Notes: generated from the letters alone by a model not told the origin. DNA of 64,000 nucleotides from Candidatus Poribacteria bacterium (GCA_021162805.1 JAGGXZ010000036.1:9985-73984); one strand, 5' to 3'; positions 18,729 to 27,880 are shown, numbered from the stretch's first letter. Numbers and translations: made by a program.

Positions 18729-20804
18729 ATGAAAGAATACAGGACGGAACAGATCAGAAATGTCGCTTTAATAGGCAATGCCGGTTCAGGTAAAACTTCA
18801 TTGATCGATGCCTTTCTATTCGACGCCGGAGCAGTTGACAGGCTCGGGCGGGTTGACGCCGGTAACTCCTTTGTGGATTACGATCCTGAGGAGATAAATC
18901 GAAAGACCACGCTGAGTCTGAAGATATGTATCGCCGAATGGGGAGAGTGCAAACTGAATATCCTCGATACGCCGGGTTATGAGGACTTCTACGGCGATTT
19001 GGCCAGTGCCTTGAGGGTTGTCGATTCCGCCTTGGTCGTGATCGATGCCGTTACAGGCGTCGGAGGCGGGACGGAGAAAAGTTGGATGATGGCTGATAAA
19101 TACGGACTGCCGAGGGCGATCGTCATAAACAAGCTCGATGCCGAACAGGCTGACTTTGACGGGGTAATCGATCAGATCCAACAGGAGCTGGGCGCCAGGC
19201 TTATGCCGCTACATATCCCGATAGGCAGGGGGAGCTCCTTCTCCGGCATAGTCGACATCATCTCGATGAAAGCCTATCAGTTCGAGGGAGAGGGCAGCGG
19301 GAAGTTTGAGGAGAAGGACATACCGGGGGAACTGTTCTCCAGGGCGGAGGAGCTCCGAGAATCCTTGATAGAAGCGGCAGCGGAGGGCGAGGATGAGCTG
19401 ACCGAGAAATACCTCGAGGGCGAGGAGCTCACGCCGGATGAGATAATGAGGGGATTGAAGGCCTCTATCCGCCAGGGAATCGTCGTTCCGGTGATGTGTG
19501 CATCGGCGTATCAGAACATCGCTGTGCCGTTCATCCTGGATTTCATCGTCAAATCGCTCCCCTCACCCGTCGAATCGAAACCGATAGAAAGCGTCGATGG
19601 CGAGGAAAACCGTGATCCCTCTCCCGATGCCCCGTTGGCGGCTTTGGTCTTCAAGACGACCTCCGACCCGTACGTCGGGAAAATCAGCTACATCAGGGTC
19701 TTTTCGGGAACCCTCAGCGCCGATTCACAGGTCTTCAACTCAAGTAGAGGAGCAGGTGAAAGGGTTACGAAGCTCTACCACCTCAACGGGAAAAACCAGA
19801 TCGAAACCCCCAAGATCATAGCCGGTGATCTCGGAATAGCTGTCAAGCTTCAATCTGCTTCCACTGGCGATACCCTCTGCGCGCCGGACGCCAAGATAAC
19901 CCTGCCGGGGATCGAGTTCCCCAAACCCGTTCTCTCGCTCGCCATATCAGCCAAAAGCCAGAGTGACGACGATAAACTGAGCACTATCCTCACCTCAATA
20001 GCTGAAGAGGATCCGACCTTCCAGGTTCAACGCGATCAGGAGATGAGACAGGTGATCGTCTCCGGATTGGGCGACGTGCATCTGAACGTCACCCTGGAGA
20101 GGATCAAACGCAGATACAACATCGAGGCGACCACAGCGACACCTAAGGTTCCTTATCGCGAGACGATACGCAAATCGGTTGAGGGGATACACGCCCGCTA
20201 TAAGAAACAGACTGGCGGAAGAGGGCAGTTCGCCGATGTGGTCATAAAGATGGAACCGCTTCCACGGGGAGAGTATTTCGAGTTCGTGGATGAGATCTTC
20301 GGCGGGGCGATCCCGCGCAACTTCATCCCGGCGGTCGAGAAGGGGATCAGGAACTCGATGCAGAGCGGAGTGCTGGCCGGTTTTCCCGTCGTCGACATCA
20401 AGGTAACCCTCTATGACGGCAAGTTCCATCCGGTCGACTCCTCCGATCTGGCTTTCCAGATAGCCGCCTCCATGGCCTTTAAAGAGGCGATGCAAAAGGC
20501 CGATCCGGTGCTGCTCGAGCCGATAATGAATGTTGAGGTCACCGTGCCGGAGGAGCATATGGGCGATGTGTTGGCTGACCTCAACAGCCGCCGCGGCAGA
20601 GTGCTTGGCGTCGATCAACAGGGTAAATATCAGGTGATCAAGGCTCAAGTGCCTATGGCAGAGATGTTTAGATATGCTCTTGATCTGCGATCGATGACCA
20701 GCGCGAGGGGATGGTTCACGATGGAGTTCTCGCACTACGAGGAGGTGCCATACGACATCGCCCAGAAGATCATCGCCGCCGCTCAGGCCGAAAAGGAGGA
20801 TTGA
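18729..20804 (+). CDS. elongation factor G-family translational GTPase (EF-G paralog with atypical P-loop)
   Basis: 691 aa; G domain (NVALIGNAGSGKTSLIDA, DTPGYEDF, NKLD), domains II-V collinear with EF-G; G1 is GNAGSGKTS rather than AHIDAGKTT of canonical FusA. Confidence 0.8.
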   Translation: MKEYRTEQIRNVALIGNAGSGKTSLIDAFLFDAGAVDRLGRVDAGNSFVDYDPEEINRKTTLSLKICIAEWGECKLNILDTPGYEDFYGDLASALRVVDSALVVIDAVTGVGGGTEKSWMMADKYGLPRAIVINKLDAEQADFDGVIDQIQQELGARLMPLHIPIGRGSSFSGIVDIISMKAYQFEGEGSGKFEEKDIPGELFSRAEELRESLIEAAAEGEDELTEKYLEGEELTPDEIMRGLKASIRQGIVVPVMCASAYQNIAVPFILDFIVKSLPSPVESKPIESVDGEENRDPSPDAPLAALVFKTTSDPYVGKISYIRVFSGTLSADSQVFNSSRGAGERVTKLYHLNGKNQIETPKIIAGDLGIAVKLQSASTGDTLCAPDAKITLPGIEFPKPVLSLAISAKSQSDDDKLSTILTSIAEEDPTFQVQRDQEMRQVIVSGLGDVHLNVTLERIKRRYNIEATTATPKVPYRETIRKSVEGIHARYKKQTGGRGQFADVVIKMEPLPRGEYFEFVDEIFGGAIPRNFIPAVEKGIRNSMQSGVLAGFPVVDIKVTLYDGKFHPVDSSDLAFQIAASMAFKEAMQKADPVLLEPIMNVEVTVPEEHMGDVLADLNSRRGRVLGVDQQGKYQVIKAQVPMAEMFRYALDLRSMTSARGWFTMEFSHYEEVPYDIAQKIIAAAQAEKED

Positions 20805-20807
20805 GAA

Positions 20808-20884
20808 GGAACGAGGAACTAGGAGCGGAAAACGTTACAACGTTAAACGTTGAACGTGTAACGGATTTCCCTTCTCCTCGTTCC
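20808..20884. repeat. inverted-repeat-flanked palindromic element (GGAACGAGGA … TCCTCGTTCC) enclosing CGTTACA-AACGTT-AAACGTT-TGTAACG core
   Basis: 10-bp terminal inverted repeat at ~20808-20817 / 20875-20884; core 20833-20863 has 7-bp IR CGTTACA/TGTAACG around two self-complementary AACGTT hexamers; shares GTGTAACGGAWWTCC with 8500-8515. Confidence 0.6.
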
Positions 20885-20890
20885 TCCTCA

Positions 20891-20924
20891 TGGATAACTG
20901 CTACACTCAAGGGGAATTTGAGCG
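20891..20924. repeat. conserved intergenic palindromic element, copy B (TGGATAACTGCTACACTCAAGGGGAATTTGAGCG), 3 nt before ATG at 20928
   Basis: 32/34 identity with copy A at 8594-8630. Confidence 0.7.
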
Positions 20925-20927
20925 AAT

Positions 20928-21683
20928 ATGATTTTCGCCCTTTTCTTTCTCTGCCAAATGGGGTGGGGGGCTTTTGAGCCCTCGCCGCTTGAAGATCCCA
21001 TGTCATTCGAAGGAACAGGTTCACCCCGTCTCGTGATAGGTTATGAGGATCTAAACGAGATGGTGGGGTATACATATCTCGATTTGGTCAGTGGACCCCA
21101 CGGGATATCCGTTCGATCGTCCGGCGATCGTGAGGGATTATACAGGGAGTTCTCCATCCGGTATACCGAATATCTCACCTTAAACGGCTTGGAACTGATC
21201 CTCTCTCCCTCCTATCTATCCTGCTCGGCCAAGGGAGATCTCGGGGAGGTGGGGGCCGGGAAGGGGTTCTCATTCGATATCGGCGTCGGACGAAATCTAC
21301 GATCCGTTCGCGCTGAGGCTGTAGCTATCGGCCTTATAGGCGGAGTCAGATATAACCGACACGCCCTTAAAAGGGCGAAGGCGAAATCTTACTGGGAGAG
21401 ACCCAGCGAGAACATAATCCTCGAATTGACCATCCCGGTCGAGCAGATATCGGGACAGGTAAAGGTGGGAATATGGAACCGTAATTCCTTTCTCCGTCTC
21501 CAGGTAAAACCCACTCGAAACGCCCTCATGGAAGCGGGATGGATCTCAGGTAAAGGTGTAAGGGGAGGGTTCAGGTTTGGACTTATGGCTGATCTCGGAG
21601 ATTTCTCCCTGAGATACCGCCATTTGATCGGGAGATCGGGCATTCAGTCCATCGCCTTTGACATCACGGTGGAAGTGAGATAA
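20928..21683 (+). CDS. hypothetical secreted protein
   Basis: 251 aa, hydrophobic N-terminus MIFALFFLCQMGWGAF; no recognisable motif. Confidence 0.4.
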   Translation: MIFALFFLCQMGWGAFEPSPLEDPMSFEGTGSPRLVIGYEDLNEMVGYTYLDLVSGPHGISVRSSGDREGLYREFSIRYTEYLTLNGLELILSPSYLSCSAKGDLGEVGAGKGFSFDIGVGRNLRSVRAEAVAIGLIGGVRYNRHALKRAKAKSYWERPSENIILELTIPVEQISGQVKVGIWNRNSFLRLQVKPTRNALMEAGWISGKGVRGGFRFGLMADLGDFSLRYRHLIGRSGIQSIAFDITVEVR

Positions 21684-22720
21684 TGATCCGTTTGAGCTGT
21701 TGGATGATCCCCGTTTTGATCTATCTGATCTTCGTCTCTGGAGCAGATGGATTCAGAAGTATCACGATCCCACTCGATCCTTCCTTGCTCTCCGAGCAGG
21801 ATGGGAGGGAGGTGGGTTTTCACCTCTCGATGTCGGATCTGGAGTTCAAAAAGACCGAGAAGGAGGATACCCTTCTTTCAACCTTCCAATCGCTCAGCGT
21901 GAGTCCGGATATCCTCTTGATGTGGGGGGAAGGAGGCAAGGGATTCATGGTGGGATACCGGTTCAACATCAAAAGTGAGGTGAACGCAGACCTGTTGAAG
22001 ACGACCTCCGATTATATGGTCAACGAGCGGAGATTCACATCGCGGACGGATCTTAACCTCCATTATCGTATGATCAGGGAGGATGATATCTTCATCGGGG
22101 TTGGGAAAAGAATCGGAGGGGCGGAGATCGGATGTCGCCTCTCTCTTTATCGTCAGACCCTTAAAAAGGGAGAGATCATATCCGAGATGAGGCTCACAGC
22201 GACGCATGGAGAAGACGTTAATCCCAACGATCCCCGTCAGCTTATACCGGCGATCGTCAATGGACTCAAATATGACCTGGAGAAGGTAGATCGGCCGGAG
22301 AGGGATGAGGGCAAATCGGTGTTGAACGCCGATATCGCCGTTGGGATGAGACCGGGGGGGATCAATGGGCTCAGGATGTCTCTGGTTTTCAGAAACCTCT
22401 TATTCCCCCAAGTCCTTCTGCCGATGCGAGCAGGTTTTGTTCTTCACGGCATCTGGGAACCCAGAGAATGGTTCGAGTTCCATTTCAGCACCGAGAAGCT
22501 ACTCGGGGTGAGACCATTATCGCTCGTCCGGGTTTACCTAACCGGTCCGCGGAGCGGAATCGGTGGAACGATCTCGGCAGGGATGAATTTGGGCGGAGAT
22601 GCAGGGCGGATGGTTAACCTCGGCTTTGAGATGATCCTAGGTAAAAGCAGATTTGGGTTTTCGATGACGATGAAAGATGATCTATCAGGGGTGATAATCT
22701 ATCAGGAACATCGATTCTAA
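21683..22720 (+). CDS. putative outer-membrane beta-barrel protein (hypothetical)
   Basis: 345 aa, signal peptide MIRLSCWMIPVLIYLIFVSGADG, alternating amphipathic strands, C-terminal …IIYQEHRF (aromatic terminal residue typical of OMP beta-barrels); start overlaps previous stop (TAATG). Confidence 0.4.
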   Translation: MIRLSCWMIPVLIYLIFVSGADGFRSITIPLDPSLLSEQDGREVGFHLSMSDLEFKKTEKEDTLLSTFQSLSVSPDILLMWGEGGKGFMVGYRFNIKSEVNADLLKTTSDYMVNERRFTSRTDLNLHYRMIREDDIFIGVGKRIGGAEIGCRLSLYRQTLKKGEIISEMRLTATHGEDVNPNDPRQLIPAIVNGLKYDLEKVDRPERDEGKSVLNADIAVGMRPGGINGLRMSLVFRNLLFPQVLLPMRAGFVLHGIWEPREWFEFHFSTEKLLGVRPLSLVRVYLTGPRSGIGGTISAGMNLGGDAGRMVNLGFEMILGKSRFGFSMTMKDDLSGVIIYQEHRF

Positions 22721-22728
22721 AAAAATAA

Positions 22729-22755
22729 CCCCAACCCGTCTTCTGGGATGGGGTG
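22729..22755. terminator. bidirectional intrinsic-terminator-like hairpin (ACCCCAACCC-gtcttct-GGGATGGGGT) preceded by A6 (T-run on minus strand)
   Basis: GC-rich 10-bp stem immediately after stop of 21683-22720 (+); on the minus strand the hairpin is followed by TTATTTTTTT, serving the convergent 22953-24269 gene. Confidence 0.5.
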
Positions 22756-22952
22756 AGAGAATTGTGGGAATTGCTCGCTCGTTGGAGCTTTCACCGCAAA
22801 CCACCTATCGCTGCAATGGTGGTGCAAAATCCGTGCCTTAGTTTCCACCCTCTCAAATGCGTTTCCCCTTCTATGGGATATGAAATAAATTTCACATTTT
22901 GTGCAAATCGGATCACTGTGCAAAAATTTACACACCCGGCGATAACCTTGTT

Positions 22953-24269
22953 CTAAAACTGGGTCCCGCTCGAGAAGTTAAAATCGTTCACCTTCATCGC
23001 CGGAACGACGACACCTCTGGAGTAAACCGGCTCGGACATGGCCTCCACCGAGCTCAGCACGTCGAAGAGGCTCACGTTGAACCTGAAATTTTTGATGGGG
23101 AACTTTATCTCGCCGTCTTCGATCCAGAACGTCCCATCGCGGGTCATTCCGGTGACGATCAGGTTCATCGGATCGACCATGTTCTCATAGTGGAAACGGG
23201 TCACCAGGATTCCCCTATCGGTCGATCTTATCATCTCCTCGAGGGTGCTCTCTCCGCCCTCCATGACGAGTGCCCTTGGATAGGCTCCCTGGGTGTTTCT
23301 CAGATCGAGTCCATGTCCGGTCGGCTCGACCCCATGTTTCTGGGCGGTAAGCCTATCGTATACGAGGTTCGTTGCCACTCCCTTCTCTATAAGCTGAACC
23401 CTCTTGGTGGGCACGCCCTCCGGGTCAAACGGCGCGCCCCTATGGAGCGGATGATACACATCGCTGGCGAGGTTTACGTTCTCCCCGAAGACTTTAAGGC
23501 CGACTTTCCCTTTCAGTGGGCTCCTTCCCTCATCCACCGCCATGGCATTGAAGCTAAAGGAGAGGAAGCGTATCAAGCTGTCCACCGCCGCTGGCTCCAG
23601 AATCACGGTATATCTGCCCGGAGATATCTCCCGCGGCGAACAGCTCATCTCAGCCTTGCGTATGGCTATCTCGCCGATTTCTTCCGGATCGATATCTTTG
23701 ATCGTCCTTGAGCTACGCTCACACCATCCCGCTCCATCTCTCTCAGCCATAACTGAAAGGCTGAAGGTAACCGATGTGCTCTTATGAAAGGCGGATAGCC
23801 CTTTTGAGTTGACGATGGCCAGGAACCCCCTGGAATTGCTGAAGATCCCCGCGGCAGTCAACCTTCTCCTCCGACACATATCGATGACCCGTTTCACCCC
23901 TTCTGCTCTGTCCATCGGGGTTATCTCCTCATCGTAAAAAGCATTTATCTCCTCGTATTCCTGAGGTCCTAGAAGGGGAAGTAGATTTGGATCTTCGGGT
24001 GAGATCCTCGCCAGTTCGACGGCGTTTTGGGCCACCTTCCTAAGCGATTCGTCGTCCAACCTGTTTGTGGATGCTTCGCCCATCCTCCCATCTATGATGG
24101 CGCTGACGGATATTGAGAGGTCGCTAACACCCGTATTTTGATGGATATGGTTTTCGGCATATCTGGTTAGATAGCTTTCGCCACCGTATATGAACACCTG
24201 GACTTCATCTGCCCGGCATAGATCGATGATATTATGGGCTATATCTTCTACCTCTTCCCTCTCAAGCAT
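22953..24269 (-). CDS. TldD/PmbA-family metalloprotease
   Basis: 438 aa; collinear with PmbA/TldD (…GGESTLEEMIRSTDRGILVTRFHYENMVDPMNLIVTGMTRDGTFWIEDGEI…). Confidence 0.85.
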   Translation of the reverse strand: MLEREEVEDIAHNIIDLCRADEVQVFIYGGESYLTRYAENHIHQNTGVSDLSISVSAIIDGRMGEASTNRLDDESLRKVAQNAVELARISPEDPNLLPLLGPQEYEEINAFYDEEITPMDRAEGVKRVIDMCRRRRLTAAGIFSNSRGFLAIVNSKGLSAFHKSTSVTFSLSVMAERDGAGWCERSSRTIKDIDPEEIGEIAIRKAEMSCSPREISPGRYTVILEPAAVDSLIRFLSFSFNAMAVDEGRSPLKGKVGLKVFGENVNLASDVYHPLHRGAPFDPEGVPTKRVQLIEKGVATNLVYDRLTAQKHGVEPTGHGLDLRNTQGAYPRALVMEGGESTLEEMIRSTDRGILVTRFHYENMVDPMNLIVTGMTRDGTFWIEDGEIKFPIKNFRFNVSLFDVLSSVEAMSEPVYSRGVVVPAMKVNDFNFSSGTQF

Positions 24270-24465
24270 CTTACTCCTCCGTGGATAGGCTCTCCTCGCT
24301 GGTTGTGATTATAACATGAGTCATGGGATGAATCAACGTTGTCCCGTGGGGCAGCGGGGTGTTATAATGATCCATTGGAGCACGGCGATTTCCCCTTAAC
24401 CATCAATGGGGATCTTCCGATAATAAATAATGGGATACAATACGAAAGCGACGTGATAGGTTGAT

Positions 24466-25665
24466 ATGATGGAACCTGAAAGGCTGCAGAGGTTACTCGA
24501 GATATCCAGGTCGCTCAATTCTGAGGTCGACTTGGAGAAACTCATGTGGAAGATCGTCCCTCTTGTGAGGGAGATGCTAGGGGCGGATAGAGGATCGGTG
24601 TTCCTGCTGGATAAGGATAGGGGGGAACTGTGGTCTCTGGTCGCGGAGGGAGATGAGGTCAAAGAGATAAGGTTCAGCGTTGATAAGGGCATTGCCGGAT
24701 ATGTCGCTAGAACCGGCCGAACGGTTAATATCCCTGATGCCTATTCCGACCCGCGGTTTAATAGGGAGGTCGATAGACGCACCGGCTACAGGACGAAATC
24801 GATCCTCTGCTCTCCCATGAAAAATCTCCAAGGGGAGGTCATCGGCGTAGTTCAGATACTCAATAAGTTGGAGGGGGATACATTCACGAAGGATGACGAG
24901 ATCGCTCTTGAGGCCTTCGCCGCTCAGGCCGCCATCGCCATTGAAAACGCCCTCCTTTATGCCAAGATAGAGGGGACATACGAGCAGACCCTCCAAGCTC
25001 TTGTGGCGCTGCTCGATCGAAGGGACGTCGAGACTGAAAATCACTCCCTCAGGGTGGTTGAATATACCCTCCTCATCGCCAGAAAGCTGGGCTTTCACGG
25101 CAAGAGTCTCAGACCGATAAAATGGGGAGCCCTATTGCACGACATAGGTAAGATCGGGATCGAGGAAAGGATCCTGTATAAGCCTGAAAAGCTCACCCCC
25201 GAGGAGTGGGAGATAATGAAAAAGCACCCTGTCATAGGATATGAGGCGTTAAAACACATCGAGTTTTTGGCCGATGCTCTGCCGATCGTGCGCCACCATC
25301 ATGAAAGATATGATGGGAAAGGATATCCGGATGGGTTGAAAGGGGATGAGATACCGATAGGCGCCAGGATCTTCGCTATAGCCGATGCCTTCGACGCCAT
25401 GACCTCCGATAGACCGTACAGAAAAGCCATGCCGGTCGAAAAGGCCCTGTGGGAGATCGCCGCCTGCTCCGGAACCCAGTTCGACCCTGATATCGTGGGG
25501 ATCTTTCTTCAGATTCCCATTGAAAAATGGGTGTCGATCAGGGAGAAGATCTCAAGCCGAGGGGGCAGATATGGTAGTTCAGACTACGGTGGAATTGACC
25601 TTAAACTCCCGATGCTCGTCGGGAAGGGGACATTGGGGGGTATTCGACGAGTCAAAACAGCTTGA
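24466..25665 (+). CDS. GAF-domain HD-GYP phosphodiesterase (c-di-GMP hydrolase family)
   Basis: N-terminal GAF (…DRGSVFLLDKDRGELWSL…), C-terminal HD-GYP (LLHDIGKIGI…HHERYDGKGYPDGL); last ~50 codons overlap next ORF, so true stop/start partition uncertain. Confidence 0.85.
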   Translation: MMEPERLQRLLEISRSLNSEVDLEKLMWKIVPLVREMLGADRGSVFLLDKDRGELWSLVAEGDEVKEIRFSVDKGIAGYVARTGRTVNIPDAYSDPRFNREVDRRTGYRTKSILCSPMKNLQGEVIGVVQILNKLEGDTFTKDDEIALEAFAAQAAIAIENALLYAKIEGTYEQTLQALVALLDRRDVETENHSLRVVEYTLLIARKLGFHGKSLRPIKWGALLHDIGKIGIEERILYKPEKLTPEEWEIMKKHPVIGYEALKHIEFLADALPIVRHHHERYDGKGYPDGLKGDEIPIGARIFAIADAFDAMTSDRPYRKAMPVEKALWEIAACSGTQFDPDIVGIFLQIPIEKWVSIREKISSRGGRYGSSDYGGIDLKLPMLVGKGTLGGIRRVKTA

Positions 25666-26530
25666 TTCCCATCAGATCGATCTTGTTAAAAAGGCCACTC
25701 AGATACCTAGATTCACGAACAGGAGGTTATTCCTGGATTTCTCCTCCGATCCGATCCTGATAGCAGTTGAGCCAGGGGTAACGGGTATCGAGGAGGATTG
25801 GCTGCACGTTGAAAGCGGTATGCAACAACAGGCCATCTATCTCGCCTGTGCCGCTTTGGGGATAGGAACGTGTATCCACAACGTTGGTATAGATGGCGCT
25901 CTCATCGGCAACATGCATGCGACCGCCCGTATGGTGATTAAGCCGATCCATCCTCCTTATTCCGGATCATATTGGACGAGCTCAAGGCCGAGGCCGTGGC
26001 TTGGGGGAAACCTCTCCGATCCGGACCTGCGCGGGAAGATGCCGTTTTTTGAGGCGATAGAGAGGGCTAGCACCGTTTCGGAAGGCATCAAGTCAGGTCT
26101 GAGGGAGATCTCACAGCTCCTCTGGGCTGCCCGTGGCCGGACCCCTCACGAATACAGGGGCAGGAAATGGGGCATGACCATTCCTACATGGGCCGGCGGC
26201 CAAAACTATACCTCCGTCCATCTCCTTTCGGGAAACGGCCTATACGAATATATCAACTGGAGAGGCAATGCCCCTGTTCACCGCATCGAGAGGCTGAGGA
26301 ACGTCGATATCCAATCGATCTCCCCGGGATGCACAAACTGCATTATCCTTTCAACCAACGAGCGGACCAAACGGGCGCTTTGGGAGATCGGATATATGCT
26401 GGAGAACATAATCCTCCAGGCCACGGCACTTGGGGTAAAATATGAAGTGAAAATGCTGGGACACGAGGAGAAGAGAAGGCTGATCCCGCTGGGGTTGAGC
26501 TCGGCGGTGATGGCGGTAAGGTTGTTCTGA
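25520..26530 (+). CDS. nitroreductase-superfamily (SagB/ThcOx-like dehydrogenase) protein
   Basis: 336 aa; two nitroreductase-like halves (…QQAIYLACAALGIGTC…; …LENIILQATALGVKYEV); true start probably internal Met (MVVQTT…, ~25568) given ~100-146-nt overlap with upstream gene. Confidence 0.45.
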   Translation: MKNGCRSGRRSQAEGADMVVQTTVELTLNSRCSSGRGHWGVFDESKQLDSHQIDLVKKATQIPRFTNRRLFLDFSSDPILIAVEPGVTGIEEDWLHVESGMQQQAIYLACAALGIGTCIHNVGIDGALIGNMHATARMVIKPIHPPYSGSYWTSSRPRPWLGGNLSDPDLRGKMPFFEAIERASTVSEGIKSGLREISQLLWAARGRTPHEYRGRKWGMTIPTWAGGQNYTSVHLLSGNGLYEYINWRGNAPVHRIERLRNVDIQSISPGCTNCIILSTNERTKRALWEIGYMLENIILQATALGVKYEVKMLGHEEKRRLIPLGLSSAVMAVRLF

Positions 26531-26998
26531 TCCCTCCGAGGTATCCGCAGTCATAAGGGCGAGGTGTTCTCGGCTCAAACGCCTCGCCTCTCTAGAAATT
26601 AATCGTAGACACCCTCTTCCATTGAAGATTCCCCATATCTTAACGCAGGATAGCCTCAAAGCTGCCGTGGAAGGGAAACTGACAAGCAACGTAAGGAGAT
26701 TAAGTAGACTGCTTGATAACAGCAGGATAAGGGTGACCTTGGCAGTTGCTCTGCTATATGTATGGCTGATAAGTGAAGAGAGGATGTTAGCACTGGGGGA
26801 GAGGCTCAAAATCCGCTTGATCCCTTACTTCCCTTAAAAGTGTCAGGTAGCTAGATTTGTTCTTTATATAGCATAACAAGGAGGTGTTTTTATTTCCAAT
26901 CCCTCTTTGTCCGATCTCCTGTCCAGAGCTCAGAAAAATAACCTGATCTGCCCTCAGCTTGAGAATGAAGCGGGAAATAGATAAACGGTAGGAGGAGG

Positions 26999-27045
26999 TT
27001 GACACACCAGCGATCAGGTGATAAAATTCAAACGTAATCACCTGA
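26999..27045 (+). promoter_or_regulatory. consensus sigma70-type promoter (TTGACA-17-TAAAAT) overlapped by perfect 9-bp inverted repeat TCAGGTGAT-N14-ATCACCTGA (candidate operator) upstream of hsp20
   Basis: TTGACAcaccagcgatcaggtgaTAAAATtcaaacgtaATCACCTGA; -35 and -10 perfect/near-perfect with 17-nt spacer; left arm of the IR lies in the spacer/-10, right arm at about +10. Confidence 0.55.
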
Positions 27046-27068
27046 GGCGAAAGGATAGGTGATGAGAT

Positions 27069-27632
27069 ATGATCATGAGGCATTGGAGGCTCTTCGACGA
27101 ACTTCAACAGTTCCAGGCCGAGACGAACAGGTTTTTCAGCGACCTCTATAGAAGGCTGGCCCTTTTGGAGCTGGCTATGAGCAATTGGTACTCTTTGGAT
27201 GAGCTGGTTCCACCACAATACAGGGGCTATCAAAGTCTTCAACGGACATCCACGACAGTAAACGTCCCGATTAATCCGCCGGGGTATGAGGCGGAATATG
27301 AGGAGTTGGAAGGTTCCTATGAAACTCAGGTGGAACTTCCGCGGCGTGAGGAAAGACCCGCACTTCCATCTCAAAGCACACCGGCCGTGGATATATATGA
27401 AAGGGACAGAGACGTCGTAGCGAGGGTCGAACTTCCGGGACTCAGGCAGGGGGATATAGAGGTGTTCACCTCAGGGAGATATCTGATCATCAGAGGCAAG
27501 ATATCACAGAACATCCCCCTGCCAGATGGCGTTAACCCCGATAGAGTTCGAGCGATCTATAGAAACGGCGTTCTCGAGATCGTCGTGCCCAAAGATGCCC
27601 CGGCTAGAAAAGTGGAGGTGGAATTCGAGTAG
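27069..27632 (+). CDS. Hsp20/alpha-crystallin-family small heat-shock protein with ~90-aa N-terminal extension
   Basis: C-terminal ACD: VDIYERDRDVVARVELPGLRQGDIEVFTSGRYLIIRGK…AIYRNGVLEIVVPK. Confidence 0.75.
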   Translation: MIMRHWRLFDELQQFQAETNRFFSDLYRRLALLELAMSNWYSLDELVPPQYRGYQSLQRTSTTVNVPINPPGYEAEYEELEGSYETQVELPRREERPALPSQSTPAVDIYERDRDVVARVELPGLRQGDIEVFTSGRYLIIRGKISQNIPLPDGVNPDRVRAIYRNGVLEIVVPKDAPARKVEVEFE

Positions 27633-27766
27633 GATCCAGGGACAAACCTCCTAGAAGATACGTGGAGAGTTTTCACCTGATATCTTTCGGATCTCCTTCA
27701 CAGGGGGTTCCTTTTCGAGCGATCCTCGATTTCTTCCGCCGGGTTAGGTAAACCGTCGGAAATTTC

Positions 27767-27805
27767 CCCTCGGGGATTAACCGTGGAGGGGTAGTTCTTT
27801 TTTTA
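27767..27805 (+). terminator. rho-independent terminator-like hairpin + T7 run after hsp20
   Basis: CCCCTCGGGGattaaccgtgGAGGGG stem-loop followed by tagttcTTTTTTTat. Confidence 0.5.
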
Positions 27806-27851
27806 TATGTTCCGATTTTCCTTCCGTGGATTAAGGACGTCAGGAAATCGA

Positions 27852-27880
27852 TTGACGTTCCCTCCTAGGGGGTATATAAT
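27852..27880 (+). promoter_or_regulatory. consensus sigma70-type promoter (TTGACG-17-TATAAT) for the 821-aa secreted protein gene
   Basis: aTTGACGttccctcctagggggtaTATAATcc about 110 nt upstream of ATG 27992 (preceded by AAAGGAGGTG SD). Confidence 0.5.

Noticed and set aside
26785-26815. TTAGCACTGGGGGAGAGGCTCAAAAT resembling a CIRCE half-site upstream of hsp20
   Set aside because: Only the left half (TTAGCACT) matches; the right arm GAGTGCTAA is absent.
26622-26837. 71-aa + ORF in the long hsp20 upstream region
   Set aside because: No RBS, no conservation clues; kept only as an unverified small ORF.
26787-27374. 195-aa minus-strand ORF across the hsp20 promoter and N-terminus
   Set aside because: Antisense to hsp20 and its consensus promoter; no motif; likely spurious.
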